This document shows, piece after piece, positions 22,402 through 32,670 of a DNA stretch of 64,000 bases (position 1 is its first letter; every line of letters begins with the position of its first letter). The stretch is from Rebecca billardiae RCC1528. Lineage: Eukaryota > Protista > Haptophyta. The stretch lies in the NCBI GenBank assembly GCA_965240325.2, contig OZ251243.1, positions 434,001 through 498,000 of the forward strand, in the 5' to 3' direction. The translations under genes were made by a program, and so were the position numbers. Under the pieces are notes generated by a model that did not search any database, was not told where the DNA came from, and saw nothing but the letters and a program-made list of their open reading frames with translations.

Positions 22402-23545
22402 TGGACGCGATGCCCGTGCGCACAGGCAGGCCCCGCCGTGCCAAAGCTTGGCTCCAGGTCTGAGTCACGTGGCCTTGCTGCCGACGCCAGTGGCGAGTGC
22501 CGAGTCCCTGCCAACACGCGGGCACGCGATGAGCTCATGGTCACAGCGACACCCTGGATGCCGCACATGTCGTGGAAGGATGGCGTCTGCTGGAGCAGGT
22601 CGCTGCTAGGCGGCCCGCCGTGGAGTCGGGCAGCGGTGCCCGCGGGTCATATTCCGATGCCGTGCACCGCCCGCGACTCTGCTCGGACGCCGTGCCCGTG
22701 GGCGTGGCGCGGCCCGCGGGCGCGTGGCGACGCGGCGGCCGCACCGGCCACCGGCACCGGGTCCGGCCGCGCGGCCGTGTCCGTCTGAATAAGTATAGAT
22801 TATTATATATAATATTCAGCGCACCAATTTATATATATATATATCGATATATAATAGTAGAATCTAAATTATTTGAGCTGCTATAGCTGCTGTCGTCTCT
22901 AAGAATAAGATGACGACCGTAGTTGACCGACTTGACTCAACTTATTGACCGTAGTCCATAACTCAGTGAAGTAACTGTCAGACGACGGGCTGCCGCAGGC
23001 GCTTAGCTGCTGCAGCCCGCACGACGTCGACGACCCGGGACTCTCGTTACGGCCCCGTGACGGCCAACGACTCTGACAATCACAACGAGTAGTCAGAGCC
23101 GTGAGCGAGTAGGGGCCCGTTGGCGTTGGTTGGGTCTCAGAGTGGCGGACCACCGTGCGGCACTCGGACACGCCACACTCGGTCGTCCAGTCGGTCCTGA
23201 TGACAGATGAGCCCGTAACAGTGACTATCAATCATATCAGACTCTGTGTGACGACGTGTGGCCGCACGGTCCCCGGGGGGCCGGGGACGTCAGGGCTCAG
23301 GCGGTGACCCCGTCGGACCCGTGTCCCGTGCCGTCTATAAGTCAATATAATAAAAGTGTACGACTCGGCGTGAGGGCAGCTGGCAATAATAGTCTCGGCG
23401 TAGTCTGATGCTATCAGTATATATATATATATATATTAAATATATATTTAATATATATATAAGCAGTCACGAATGTAGAACTAAGCGGCTCGGCCGGCCG
23501 CCGTGAGGCCAAGCTTCGTGACGTCTGACCGTTGGCAACAACAGA

Positions 23546-25236
23546 CTATCGAGTATCGTGGCGCGCGATGGCTGCTTCGAGGGCGGATGCCACGTCGAGG
23601 CGCTCGCACGCCGCCACGCAGCGCTCGGCCATCACTGTGATGAGCTGCTTGTCTGCGACGAAATCGGCCACCCCGGACGTCACGACGGCCGCGAGCAGCG
23701 AGTACAGCGCGTGCAACCTGTACTGCTCCCACGCCTCGGGCGCACTCAGCTCGGGCGGCCGCGCGCCGCCCTCGCGTGCGCACCGCGAGGCCACGCTGGC
23801 GTTCAGAGCTTCCACATACACGCCGAGCAGCCGACGCTCGTGCTCGCGGAGTGTCTCCGGGCAGACGGAGAGGTGCAGAAAGTATGCGAGGTCCCGCACG
23901 CCCTGCTCAGCGGATGCCACCTGCCAGTCGAAGAAGCCGATGCCGCCGCCGATGCCGCTGCCTTCGCCGCGAGCGCGCGCGTCAGGCCCGCCGCCGGCGC
24001 CAGTCGCGGCATCAGCGCAGCCTTCAGCCGGTCGGACGAAGATGTTGCCGGCGTGAGCATCGCCGTGCACGAGCGTGAGCACGCCGGTCGACCACGCCCA
24101 GCGCACTGTGTCGTACCTGCGAGCACGCACGCGCGCGCGGGGGCGACGGGCGCACCGCGTCAGTTGGCATAGTTGGCACTGCCAGGTGGCTGCCGCACGA
24201 TGGCACCACGTCCGTGGCAGCGCGCGGGCATGCCGGCATCAAGAGCTTAGAGCCTGGCTTGAGGTTGGTGGCGGTCCTCTGAGCGTCGCGCCTGCGCACA
24301 CCGCTGGACGAAGCGTGCGAAGAGCCGCTGCACCCACGGCGGCAGCGCGTCGGGGTGCGCGCTCCTGCGCGCCGCGCGGTGCAGGGACGCCCGCACACAG
24401 CAGCGGGTGAGCGCGTGCCAGGCACAGCACGGCAGCAGCACACGCCTGCGCAGCTGCGCGCGCTGCATGCGGCCGCGCGCACAGCAGACGCGCACCAATG
24501 GCGCGTGCTCGGGCGCAGTGGCCGCGTACCGCAGGCGCAAGAGGGTGCCGTACACCAGCATGCGGAAGAACGGTGGGCGCAGGGCTTCAGACCACACCAC
24601 GTACGGCCGCCCGTAGAACGGCGCATGCAGAGCAGCCATCGCTCGCACGACCGCCTCTATGATCTCCAGATCCGAGATCGGCCTCACGAGATTGAAGAGG
24701 GTGCAGCCGCTGGCGCTCACGTCCTCGAGCACGAGAGCAAAGCGCGCGGTCCCGTGCGACGAGACCACGCCGTGCACGCGTGGGAGCACCTCGACCGGCA
24801 GCTGCGGCGCGATCGTCCGGTAGAAATGAATCTCGTTAGCGTAGAGTCCTGTCATGCTCAGCCCAGCGCGCAGCGCGAGCGCGCTCGCGGGGAGCTTGAC
24901 GAAGAGCCGCGTGGATGCGTCATCCGCGGCGGCGTCGGCATACGCCACGTCCAGCCACAGCCGCTCCGTTCCCGTGGCGGCGTCACCCACGATGCCCGCG
25001 GGCGGCGCCGACGTGACGGCGCGCACGGGGCGGCCCAGGAGGCAGCCGAGCAGCTCGCACGCGCGCCGATCGGCCCGCAGAACGTCGGCCTTCCTCACAC
25101 GAGGCAACGAGGGCGGTGTGGCGCCGAGGGCGGCGAGCGCTTCCGCGAGCGCGATGCGCGCGAGAGCCCACCAGAATGCGGCCGAGAGGCGCAGGGGCTC
25201 CGTGAGCCACCACCATGCAATCCTCGACGACGCCAT
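23546..25236 (-). CDS. EcKL/APH/choline-kinase-like phosphotransferase (multi-exon)
   Basis: LFVKLP, NEIHFYRTIAP, LVLEDV, MAALHAPFY in the 5' ORF; TLVHGDAHAGNIF, FFDWQ, RDLAYFL in the 3' ORF; intron-like sequence between them. Confidence 0.8.
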
Positions 25237-25518
25237 ACTGGTCCGGGGAGCTGCAGGCCTACACTTCTACTAATACTACTGTGCACGTTAAATCATAGTA
25301 AACTGTAGCAGTACTACTGTGTGCGGGTTTGAGCGACTACAGTAGGCCTAGCGGTTGGCCGTGCTGACGCAACAATCGGTTGCCTGTCTCCGCCCAAGGC
25401 GGCAGCGATTCGCGGACTGCCGCAGTACTACAGTCTACGGTCAGAACTCAGATCTGCTGAAGACGCTTGAGCGTCGTGAGTGAGAGGTCGAGTCCGTCGA
25501 GTGCGCGCGCGCGCCGCC

Positions 25519-26805
25519 TCAGTTAGTGTTGGACTCATTGATTAGATTTGATCGCCGCCGGCGCCTGGCCCCGCTGAGCCGCCTCATGACGAGAGTCTTT
25601 GTGGGTTCTCCTGGTTTCGTAATCGGCCGCTCAGGCAAGTCCCGGTCGCTTCCATTGGCATTGGCCCCCGGCCAAAGCACGCCCTTGTCCCAGTCGAGCA
25701 CTCCAGTGCCACGCGACAGGCACGAGCGCAGGGGCATGCGCCTATTGCGCAGCCAGATATTGCGCCCGATGGCGCCGGGATAGATGGGGCTGTACGTTCC
25801 TGGGCTCGCCCTCAAGATGTAGTCGAGCACTTGCTGCTGGTAGCCGTCCGGGCGGAATCGGGGGTCGACCTCGATCACCAGCACGCCAAACTGCGTCGCC
25901 CGCCAGTCGACTGTCTTCAGCACGGACAGCTCGGCCCCCTCGACGTCAAAGATGGCGAAGTCGACCCAGGTCACATTCAGGTACCTGAAAATGTCGGCGA
26001 GCGGCAAGCAGCTCACTGGGGCGATGCGATTGCTGTCGCCGAGTCGCTTCGGCTGCGAGCCGCTGCGCCGCGTCGGCGGCGAGCCGCTGCGCCGCGCCGG
26101 CTGCGAGCCGCTGCGCCGCAGAGAGCGGCTGATTTCAGCCTTTGTGCCATTGGAGTGCTTTGCGTTGACGTGGGCCTCGACGCGCGCCCAGCTCCTGCCC
26201 AGCTGGTCGTAGAGCGCCAGCATCTGCGGGTGGAAACGCTGGAGAAAGTTTGAGGGCATAAACTCGGCGATGCCGCTGACGAACGGCCTCCCATTCGTGT
26301 AGAACAGGTAGTGCGCAGTGCTCACGTTGTTGCACACAGCAGCCTGCACGCCGATGGCATTCGCCGCAGCCCGCTGCCTGGGCTCGCGCATGGCAGGATT
26401 GGCCTCGACGAGGACACGGCGCGATCGAAGCACCTGCTCGAAGACAAGCGTCTCGCTGTGTAGCACGCCATCCACCGCACCCATCTCGAAGACGAGTCCG
26501 TCCGTCTGCTCGCAGAACATCGAGCGCAGCGCATCAAACGCCTCGCAGTCATTTGAACCCACGTCCTTGTTGCACGCAGTGCCCAGGTGACGCAGAGCGC
26601 GCTCATGCCAGCTGACGGCCTCGGAGTACGATTGGACCAGCCTGAGCGGCTTGTGCAGCGCAGCTGGGTGGCCACTGGCATCGTGCGCCCACTTGGGAAG
26701 GTCGATCGCGTTCCTCAGCCGCTCCTCGATCGAAGGTGCAGGTGCCGCATCGAGGACCATCAGGGTTACGAGCGCGAGAGCGCGACGGGTGAACGTTAGG
26801 GCCAT
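25519..26805 (-). CDS. FkbM-family (Methyltransf_21) methyltransferase with signal anchor
   Basis: FEMGAVDGVLHSET, VLVEANP, VDFAIFDVEGAELSVLKTVDW; short RRSGS(Q/P)P tandem repeat x3. Confidence 0.85.
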   Translation of the reverse strand: MALTFTRRALALVTLMVLDAAPAPSIEERLRNAIDLPKWAHDASGHPAALHKPLRLVQSYSEAVSWHERALRHLGTACNKDVGSNDCEAFDALRSMFCEQTDGLVFEMGAVDGVLHSETLVFEQVLRSRRVLVEANPAMREPRQRAAANAIGVQAAVCNNVSTAHYLFYTNGRPFVSGIAEFMPSNFLQRFHPQMLALYDQLGRSWARVEAHVNAKHSNGTKAEISRSLRRSGSQPARRSGSPPTRRSGSQPKRLGDSNRIAPVSCLPLADIFRYLNVTWVDFAIFDVEGAELSVLKTVDWRATQFGVLVIEVDPRFRPDGYQQQVLDYILRASPGTYSPIYPGAIGRNIWLRNRRMPLRSCLSRGTGVLDWDKGVLWPGANANGSDRDLPERPITKPGEPTKTLVMRRLSGARRRRRSNLINESNTN

Positions 26806-28918
26806 CGAATGCGCAGCGCACACGCCGGCGGCCCGCGTTGCTCACGTGGGCTGGTCCCGCATGGGCGCGCAGGCGGTACGTATGAGCAGGTAGGGCGTTC
26901 GGAGTCAACGCAGGTCGCACTCAGATGCGACGCGGCGGCCGGCAGCGCTATGCGCGTCGCGCTCCTTCTGGCGATCCGGTGTTTACGATAGGCGGATGCA
27001 GGGGTTGCCTGGGGCCGCCAGTCGCCACGGGGGGGGGCAGGGCGGCGAGGCAGCGCCCGCCCGGCAGCACATCGCCCCCCCCGTGGACGCTGACTCAAGC
27101 CGCACCCACCCCAGCGCGGCGATCCCACGCCAGGGAGGGCGGGCGGGAGGCGGAGGAGCGCCGCTGGCTGTCCGTGAGTGTGCCGGCGCCGCCGCGGCCT
27201 GCCGCCCGGGGGCCCCGGGCCCGGGCGGGGCCGCTGTGCTCAGGCGTCGGCCGGGGCAGGGTGCGCCGGGGGGCAGTCGCGGCGGAAGCGGTCGGCTGCA
27301 CGACGTGGGCTGCCCTGACCGGCCCCGAAGGTGCGCCTGTCACGCCGAGGGTCGGCCCTCCTGCAGGTACGCTCACTTTCCGCTTGGTACCCGCGCCGCA
27401 AAGGCGAGCTGCTTCCGACTCACATCTCGTCACCGTGCGGTCACTCCGGCGATGCCGCTGCGAGCGCCGAGCCCGCGTCCGGCCAGGTATACGCCCACCT
27501 AGCGGGGAGGGGCACGGGCGGCGGCGGAGCAGCGACGCGGCAGTCATAACGCGATAACCGCCGCGGACTGCCAAACCCACCACTCCCGTCGCGTCGGCCA
27601 TCGCCCCATAACCGCGCGCGCGTCGCGCTCCTTCTGGCGATCCGGTGTTTACGATAGGCGGATGCAGGGGTTGCCTGGGGCCGCCAGTCGCCACGGGGGG
27701 GGGCAGGGCGGCGAGGCAGCGCCCGCCCAAAGAGGCGCAGCGCCAGGCGCCACGCCGGCGTGGCCGGCGTCGGCCGGCGCGGCCGAGGCCAGGCCCGGCC
27801 CCGACCCCCAGAGGCGCAGCGCCCTGCCCACCACCACGCCGCACGCCGCCGGTGTGAGGCCGCGGAGCGGCGGACTGGGTGCCCCCCCCCCCTCCCCCCC
27901 AGCGCTCAGCCCCTGCCAGAGGTCGCCGAGAGCCCGCAGCGACCGGCGGACCACAGGACCACTGGCGTAACCCGCCCGTCGTCGCGCGCCGGCACAGGCC
28001 AGGCGAAGCGCTGCAGGTGACCCGCAGGCCACGCCGTCCACTTGCCCGACGAAACCGCCCAGCAGCACGCGCGCACCGCCGCCGCCGCCGCCGGCCGGCG
28101 AGAGCGCATGCGCCCGAGCCGTCGCGGAACACACCCGAGCCGACATGAGGCGCAGGTATCGACGTCGGCTTGCCGACAACGTCGTCAACCACGCGCCTGC
28201 AGACCGCACGAGCGCCCGTGAAAGCGCGCCGAAAAGGGGCGTGCGAGGTGACGCGCACGGTGCGCGAATGGTGATGGCCGTGCGGCGCACGAATGACGAT
28301 CGGTGCGCGCGCACGATGAGCGGTGCACGCGCGGGCGGATCGGAGCGCGCGCATGATAAACGGCGCATGATACTCGGCGCGCGCGCATGACGGCGCGCGC
28401 GCATGATGATCGGCGCTGGTCGGTGCGCGCGCATGATGATCGTCACGCGATGATCGGCGCGCGCGCATGACCATGCGCGCGCGTGACGAATTCGCCGCAA
28501 CGGCTCGCGCGAGAGGCACAAGGCGATTGACGATGAACGCGACCACGTTCGAGCGCTCGAGCGAAGCAGGAGGTGATGAGTGAGGAAGATGGCACAGGAA
28601 TGGGAGAGGAACGCGTGGCGCGTGGCGGGAAGGGCCAGGCACGCTCGGCGTGAGGAAAGGAACGCGCGTAGAAACGGAACGGAACGGAAAGCAGCGGTTC
28701 GAGCGATAGACAGGAGGTGATTGACGACGATGAGCGCGTGCGCGCTCGAGCGACGCAGAAGGTGACGAGCGAGGAAGACCAAGGCCAGGTGAAAGCGCCG
28801 CAGGTGGCCAGCGGGCCACGTCGCTTTTCGCGCCCGAAAACGCCCAGCAGCGCGCGCGCCCCGCTGCAGTGGCAGCCGACCGGCGAGAGCTGCATCCGCC
28901 AGAGCCGCCACGCGGCGC

Positions 28919-29250
28919 AGGTATCAACGCCGGCCCGCCGACAACGTCGTCCCCGACACCCCGGCCACAGACACCACGTACACCCATGTAAGCGCGCCGA
29001 AAGGTGCGCGCGAGGATGGCGCACTCGGCACCCGAATGATGATGATGGTTGCGCGGAGCACGAATGATGATCGGCGCGCGCGGGTATCAACGCCAGCCCG
29101 CCGACGACGTCGTCCCCCACGCCCCGGCCACAGACACCACGTACGCCCATGTAAGCGCGCCGAAAGGTGTGTGCGATGATGGCACGCTCGGCACCCGGAT
29201 GATGATGCGATGGTTACGCTGAGCACGAAGTGATGATCGGCGCGCGCACA
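28919..29250. repeat. ~163-bp tandem duplication, with a diverged third copy near 28152-28312
   Basis: GGTATCAACGCC..CCGCCGAC..CAGACACCACGTAC..CATGTAAGCGCGCCGAAAGG repeated. Confidence 0.8.
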
Positions 29251-29339
29251 TGATGATGATCGGCGCGCGCGCATGAGAAGACAGGTGCGAGTGACGCGCG
29301 GAGAAGATGCGCGCGGAGACGATAGGCGCGGAGGACATA

Positions 29340-29944
29340 GGCGCAAGTAACGCGCGGAGGAGATAGGCGCAAGTAACGCGCGGAGAAGATAGGCGCAAGT
29401 AACGCGCGGAGAAGATATAGTAGGCGCAAGTAACGCGCGGAGACAGGCGCAAGTAACGCGCGGAGAAGATAGGCGCAAGTAAACGCGCGGAGAAGATATA
29501 GTAGGCGCAAGTAACGCGCGGAGACAGGCGCAAGTAACGCGCGGAGAAGATAGGCGCAAGTAACGCGCGGAGAAGATATAGTAGGCGCAAGTAACGCGCG
29601 GAGACAGGCGCAAGTAACGCGCGGAGAAGATAGGCGCAAGTAAACGCGCGGAGAAGATATAGTAGGCGCAAGTAACGCGCGGAGACAGGCGCAAGTAACG
29701 CGCGGAGAAGTAGATAGTATAGGCGCAAGTAACGCGCGGAGGAGGTATAGGCGCAAGTGACGCGCGGAGACAGGCGCAAGTAACGCGTGGGGAAGTAGAT
29801 ATAGTAGGCGCAAGTAACGCGCGGAGAAGTAGATAGGCGCAAGTGACGCGCGGAGACAGGCGCAAGTAACGCGCGGAGAAGTAGATAGTAGGCGCAAGTA
29901 ACGCGCGGAGATGAGATAGGCGCAAGTGACGCGCGGAGAAGATA
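29340..29944. repeat. Tandem array of ~22 copies of GGCGCAAGTAACGCGCGGAG with 3-14-bp linkers, organised as an 80-bp trimeric higher-order repeat
   Basis: Linkers cycle AAGATA / AAGATATAGTA / ACA. Confidence 0.95.
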
Positions 29945-29991
29945 GGGTGCGCACACGATGATCGGCGCATGATGATCGGCGCGCGCGCGAG

Positions 29992-30071
29992 GGATAGACA
30001 GATAGACAGATAGACAGATAGACAGATAGACAGATAGACAGATAGATAGACAGATAGATAGACAGATAGAC
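29992..30071. repeat. (GATA/GACA)n microsatellite
   Basis: Seen directly. Confidence 0.95.
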
Positions 30072-31625
30072 GCGCGAGTGAGCGACGGCGAGCTGTAGAG
30101 AAGGGTGAGTCGTGCGGCGGCGAGTGGCGGCGGCGTGCTTGCAGCGCGGCAGCGGCGTGCGGCGAGCGCGAACACGCGGAGCGCGCGCGGCTCCGCTGTT
30201 GCGCCCCGAGGGGCCCGCGCCGAAGAAGCGCGCTCGCTCGAGCGGGGGGCAGATCGAAGGTGATGAAGCGCGCGGTTCCGCTCAAGCGAAGTAGAAGGTG
30301 ATGAGCGACGAGTGTGCCCGACGGACGACAGCGCAACGACACCTCACGCGCCGCCCCGCCGGCCGCCCAACAGATGGCCGAGAACGGGACGCCGAAGTAG
30401 CATGTGTGCGCTCACTGCCCGCGCCGCCGACATGCGCTCCAGCTCGGACGAAGGGCAGAAGGTGTTGTTGAGCGCGCCCCCGCGAGCGCGCAGCAGCTGG
30501 TGAGGAGCGTGTTGTTGAGTACGCCCCCGCGAGCGCGCAGCAGCTGGTGAGGAGCGTGGAGCGTGCCCGACACACGCCCGCTGGCGCCGCCCCGCCGTGC
30601 GCCCAGCCGCCGGACGCTGCCGATGGACGCAGAAGCAGCATGGATGCGCACGAGTCTCGTCCAGCGCCAAAATGCGCTCGCGCGCGAGCGAGGCAGACAG
30701 CGCCGAGCGCGCCCACGCTCGAGCGAAGCAGGTGGAGATGAGCGAGGAGCGCGCACGACGGACGGCAGCGCACCGGCACCTCACTTACCACCCCGATGTG
30801 CGTCCCCGATGGGCGCCCGGCCACCGGACGCCTCAGAAGGACACCCAGCACAAGCGTGGTCGCGCACGAGCGGATGAGAGAAGCAGAAGGCGCTGAGCGT
30901 TCCCCTCGAGTAAAGCAGTGGGCCATGAGGAGGAGGGAGCACGACGGACGGCAGTGCCCAGCACCTCGCGCTCCGCCTCGCAGTGCGCACGACCGTCGGA
31001 TGCCGCCGCAGAAGGACGCCGAAGCAGCATCGTGAGAGTTCGAGCGTGATGCACGCGCACCACGCCAGGGGGGGACAACGAGGAACGGGGAGCGAAGGAG
31101 GCGGAGGAGCGCCGCTGGCTGTCCGTGAGTGTGCCGGCGCCGCCGCGGCCTGCCGCCCGGGGGCCCCGGGCCCGGGCGGGGCCGCTGTGCTCAGGCGTCG
31201 GCCGGGGCAGGGTGCGCCGGGGGGCAGTCGCGGCGGAAGCGGTCGGCTGCACGACGTGGGCTGCCCTGACCGGCCCCGAAGGTGCGCCTGTCACGCCGAG
31301 GGTCGGCCCTCCTGCAGGTACGCTCACTTTCCGCTTGGTACCCGCGCCGCAAAGGCGAGCTGCTTCCGACTCACATCTCGTCACCGTGCGGTCACTCCGG
31401 CGATGCCGCTGCGAGCGCCGAGCCCGCGTCCGGCCAGGTATACGCCCACCTAGCGGGGAGGGGCACGGGCGGCGGCGGAGCAGCGACGCGGCAGTCATAA
31501 CGCGATAACCGCCGCGGACTGCCAAACCCACCACTCCCGTCGCGTCGGCCATCGCCCCAAATCAGCCCGGGCTGATTTAGCGCTGCCGCGCGGCGGCCGC
31601 GCGTGCCAGCGCACACGCCGCTGGG

Positions 31626-32648
31626 ATGGTTGACCTGAAGCGCCCCAAGTGTGATCATGCTGGCTGCACCAAGCAGCCTTCGTGCAGCGTGCCGGGCGGC
31701 GCGCGCCCCAGCCAGTGTGCTAAGCACAGGCTGCCTGGCATGGTCAACGTGAAAAACCCAGCGTGTGACTATGCCGGCTGCAACAACCCGCCTTCGTTCG
31801 GCATGGCGGGCGACGCGCATGCCAGCCGGTGCGCTGCGCACAAGCTGGCTGGCAATGGCATGGTCGATGTGAACAACCACAAGTGTGATCATGCGGGCTG
31901 CACCAAACAGCCTTCGTTCGGCATGCCGGGTGACGCGCGCCCCAGCCTGTGCGCTGCCCACAAGCTGGCTGGCATGGTCAATGTGGTGAGTCCCAAGTGT
32001 GATTACGCTGGCTGCACCAAGCAGCCTTCGTTCGGCATGTCCGACGACCCTCGTGCCAGCCGGTGCGCCGCGCACATGGTGGTTGGCATGGTCAATGTGA
32101 GGAGCCCCAAGTGTGATCATGCCGGCTGCACCAAGCAGCCTTCGTTTGGCATGCCGGGCGCCGCGCGTGCCAGCCGGTGCGCTGCGCACAAGCTGGCTGG
32201 CATGGTGGATATGAAGGGCCGCAAGTGTGATCACGCCGGCTGCACCAGGCGGCCTTCGTTCGGCATGCCAGGCGACACGCGCGCCAGCCTGTGCGCTGCG
32301 CACAAGCTTGCCGGCATGGTCGACGTGAAGAACCCCAAGTGTGATCACGCCGGCTGCACCAAGCGGCCTTCGTTCGGCATGCCGGGTGACACGCGCGCCA
32401 GCCGATGCGCTGTGCACAAGCTGGCTGACATGAAGCTTTTTGGGAGTGGTGCGCACAAGCGCGAGCTGGAGCCAGGCATGAGCACCACAGAATCGAGCGC
32501 CGCCAAGCGCCAGCGGATGCGCACTTTAAGCAGCACAGCCACTGCCCCGGACGTCGCGGCAGCGCAGCTGGGACCGCTGGTCACAGCCCGCGTTGTATCG
32601 GCGGCGCCGCCGAATGTACCGCTGGTGATGGCCAAACGTGTATTATAA
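31626..32648 (+). CDS. EsV-1-7 cysteine-rich repeat protein (7 repeats of ~38 aa)
   Basis: Seven copies of MV(D/N)VxxPKCDHAGCTKQPSFGMPGDARASRCAAHKLAG (C-x4-C...C-x2-H), matching the EsV-1-7 repeat; basic KRQR motif in the tail; no introns. Confidence 0.88.
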   Translation: MVDLKRPKCDHAGCTKQPSCSVPGGARPSQCAKHRLPGMVNVKNPACDYAGCNNPPSFGMAGDAHASRCAAHKLAGNGMVDVNNHKCDHAGCTKQPSFGMPGDARPSLCAAHKLAGMVNVVSPKCDYAGCTKQPSFGMSDDPRASRCAAHMVVGMVNVRSPKCDHAGCTKQPSFGMPGAARASRCAAHKLAGMVDMKGRKCDHAGCTRRPSFGMPGDTRASLCAAHKLAGMVDVKNPKCDHAGCTKRPSFGMPGDTRASRCAVHKLADMKLFGSGAHKRELEPGMSTTESSAAKRQRMRTLSSTATAPDVAAAQLGPLVTARVVSAAPPNVPLVMAKRVL

Positions 32649-32670
32649 TAATAATGTCAAGCGCTCATTA

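Larger units (their letters stand above)
26952..31559 (-). mobile_element. Non-autonomous split-direct-repeat element (PAT/Ngaro/TOC1-like tyrosine-recombinase retroelement architecture)
   Basis: 111-bp repeat at 26952-27062 and 27618-27728; 463-bp repeat at 27146-27608 and 31097-31559. On the minus strand the order is A1-internal-B1-A2-B2. No TSD and no RT/YR ORF seen. Confidence 0.7.

Noticed and set aside
29340-29944. CRISPR-like array
   Set aside because: Linkers are only 3-14 bp and recur cyclically; no cas genes; eukaryotic context.
28924-30342. Long minus-strand ORFs with repeated peptides
   Set aside because: They are translations of the tandem array in shifting frames, with no codon bias.
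27146-31559. Canonical LTR retrotransposon bounded by the 463-bp repeats
   Set aside because: No TG...CA pair, TSD or pol ORF seen; the interleaved 111-bp repeat fits split-direct-repeat architecture better.
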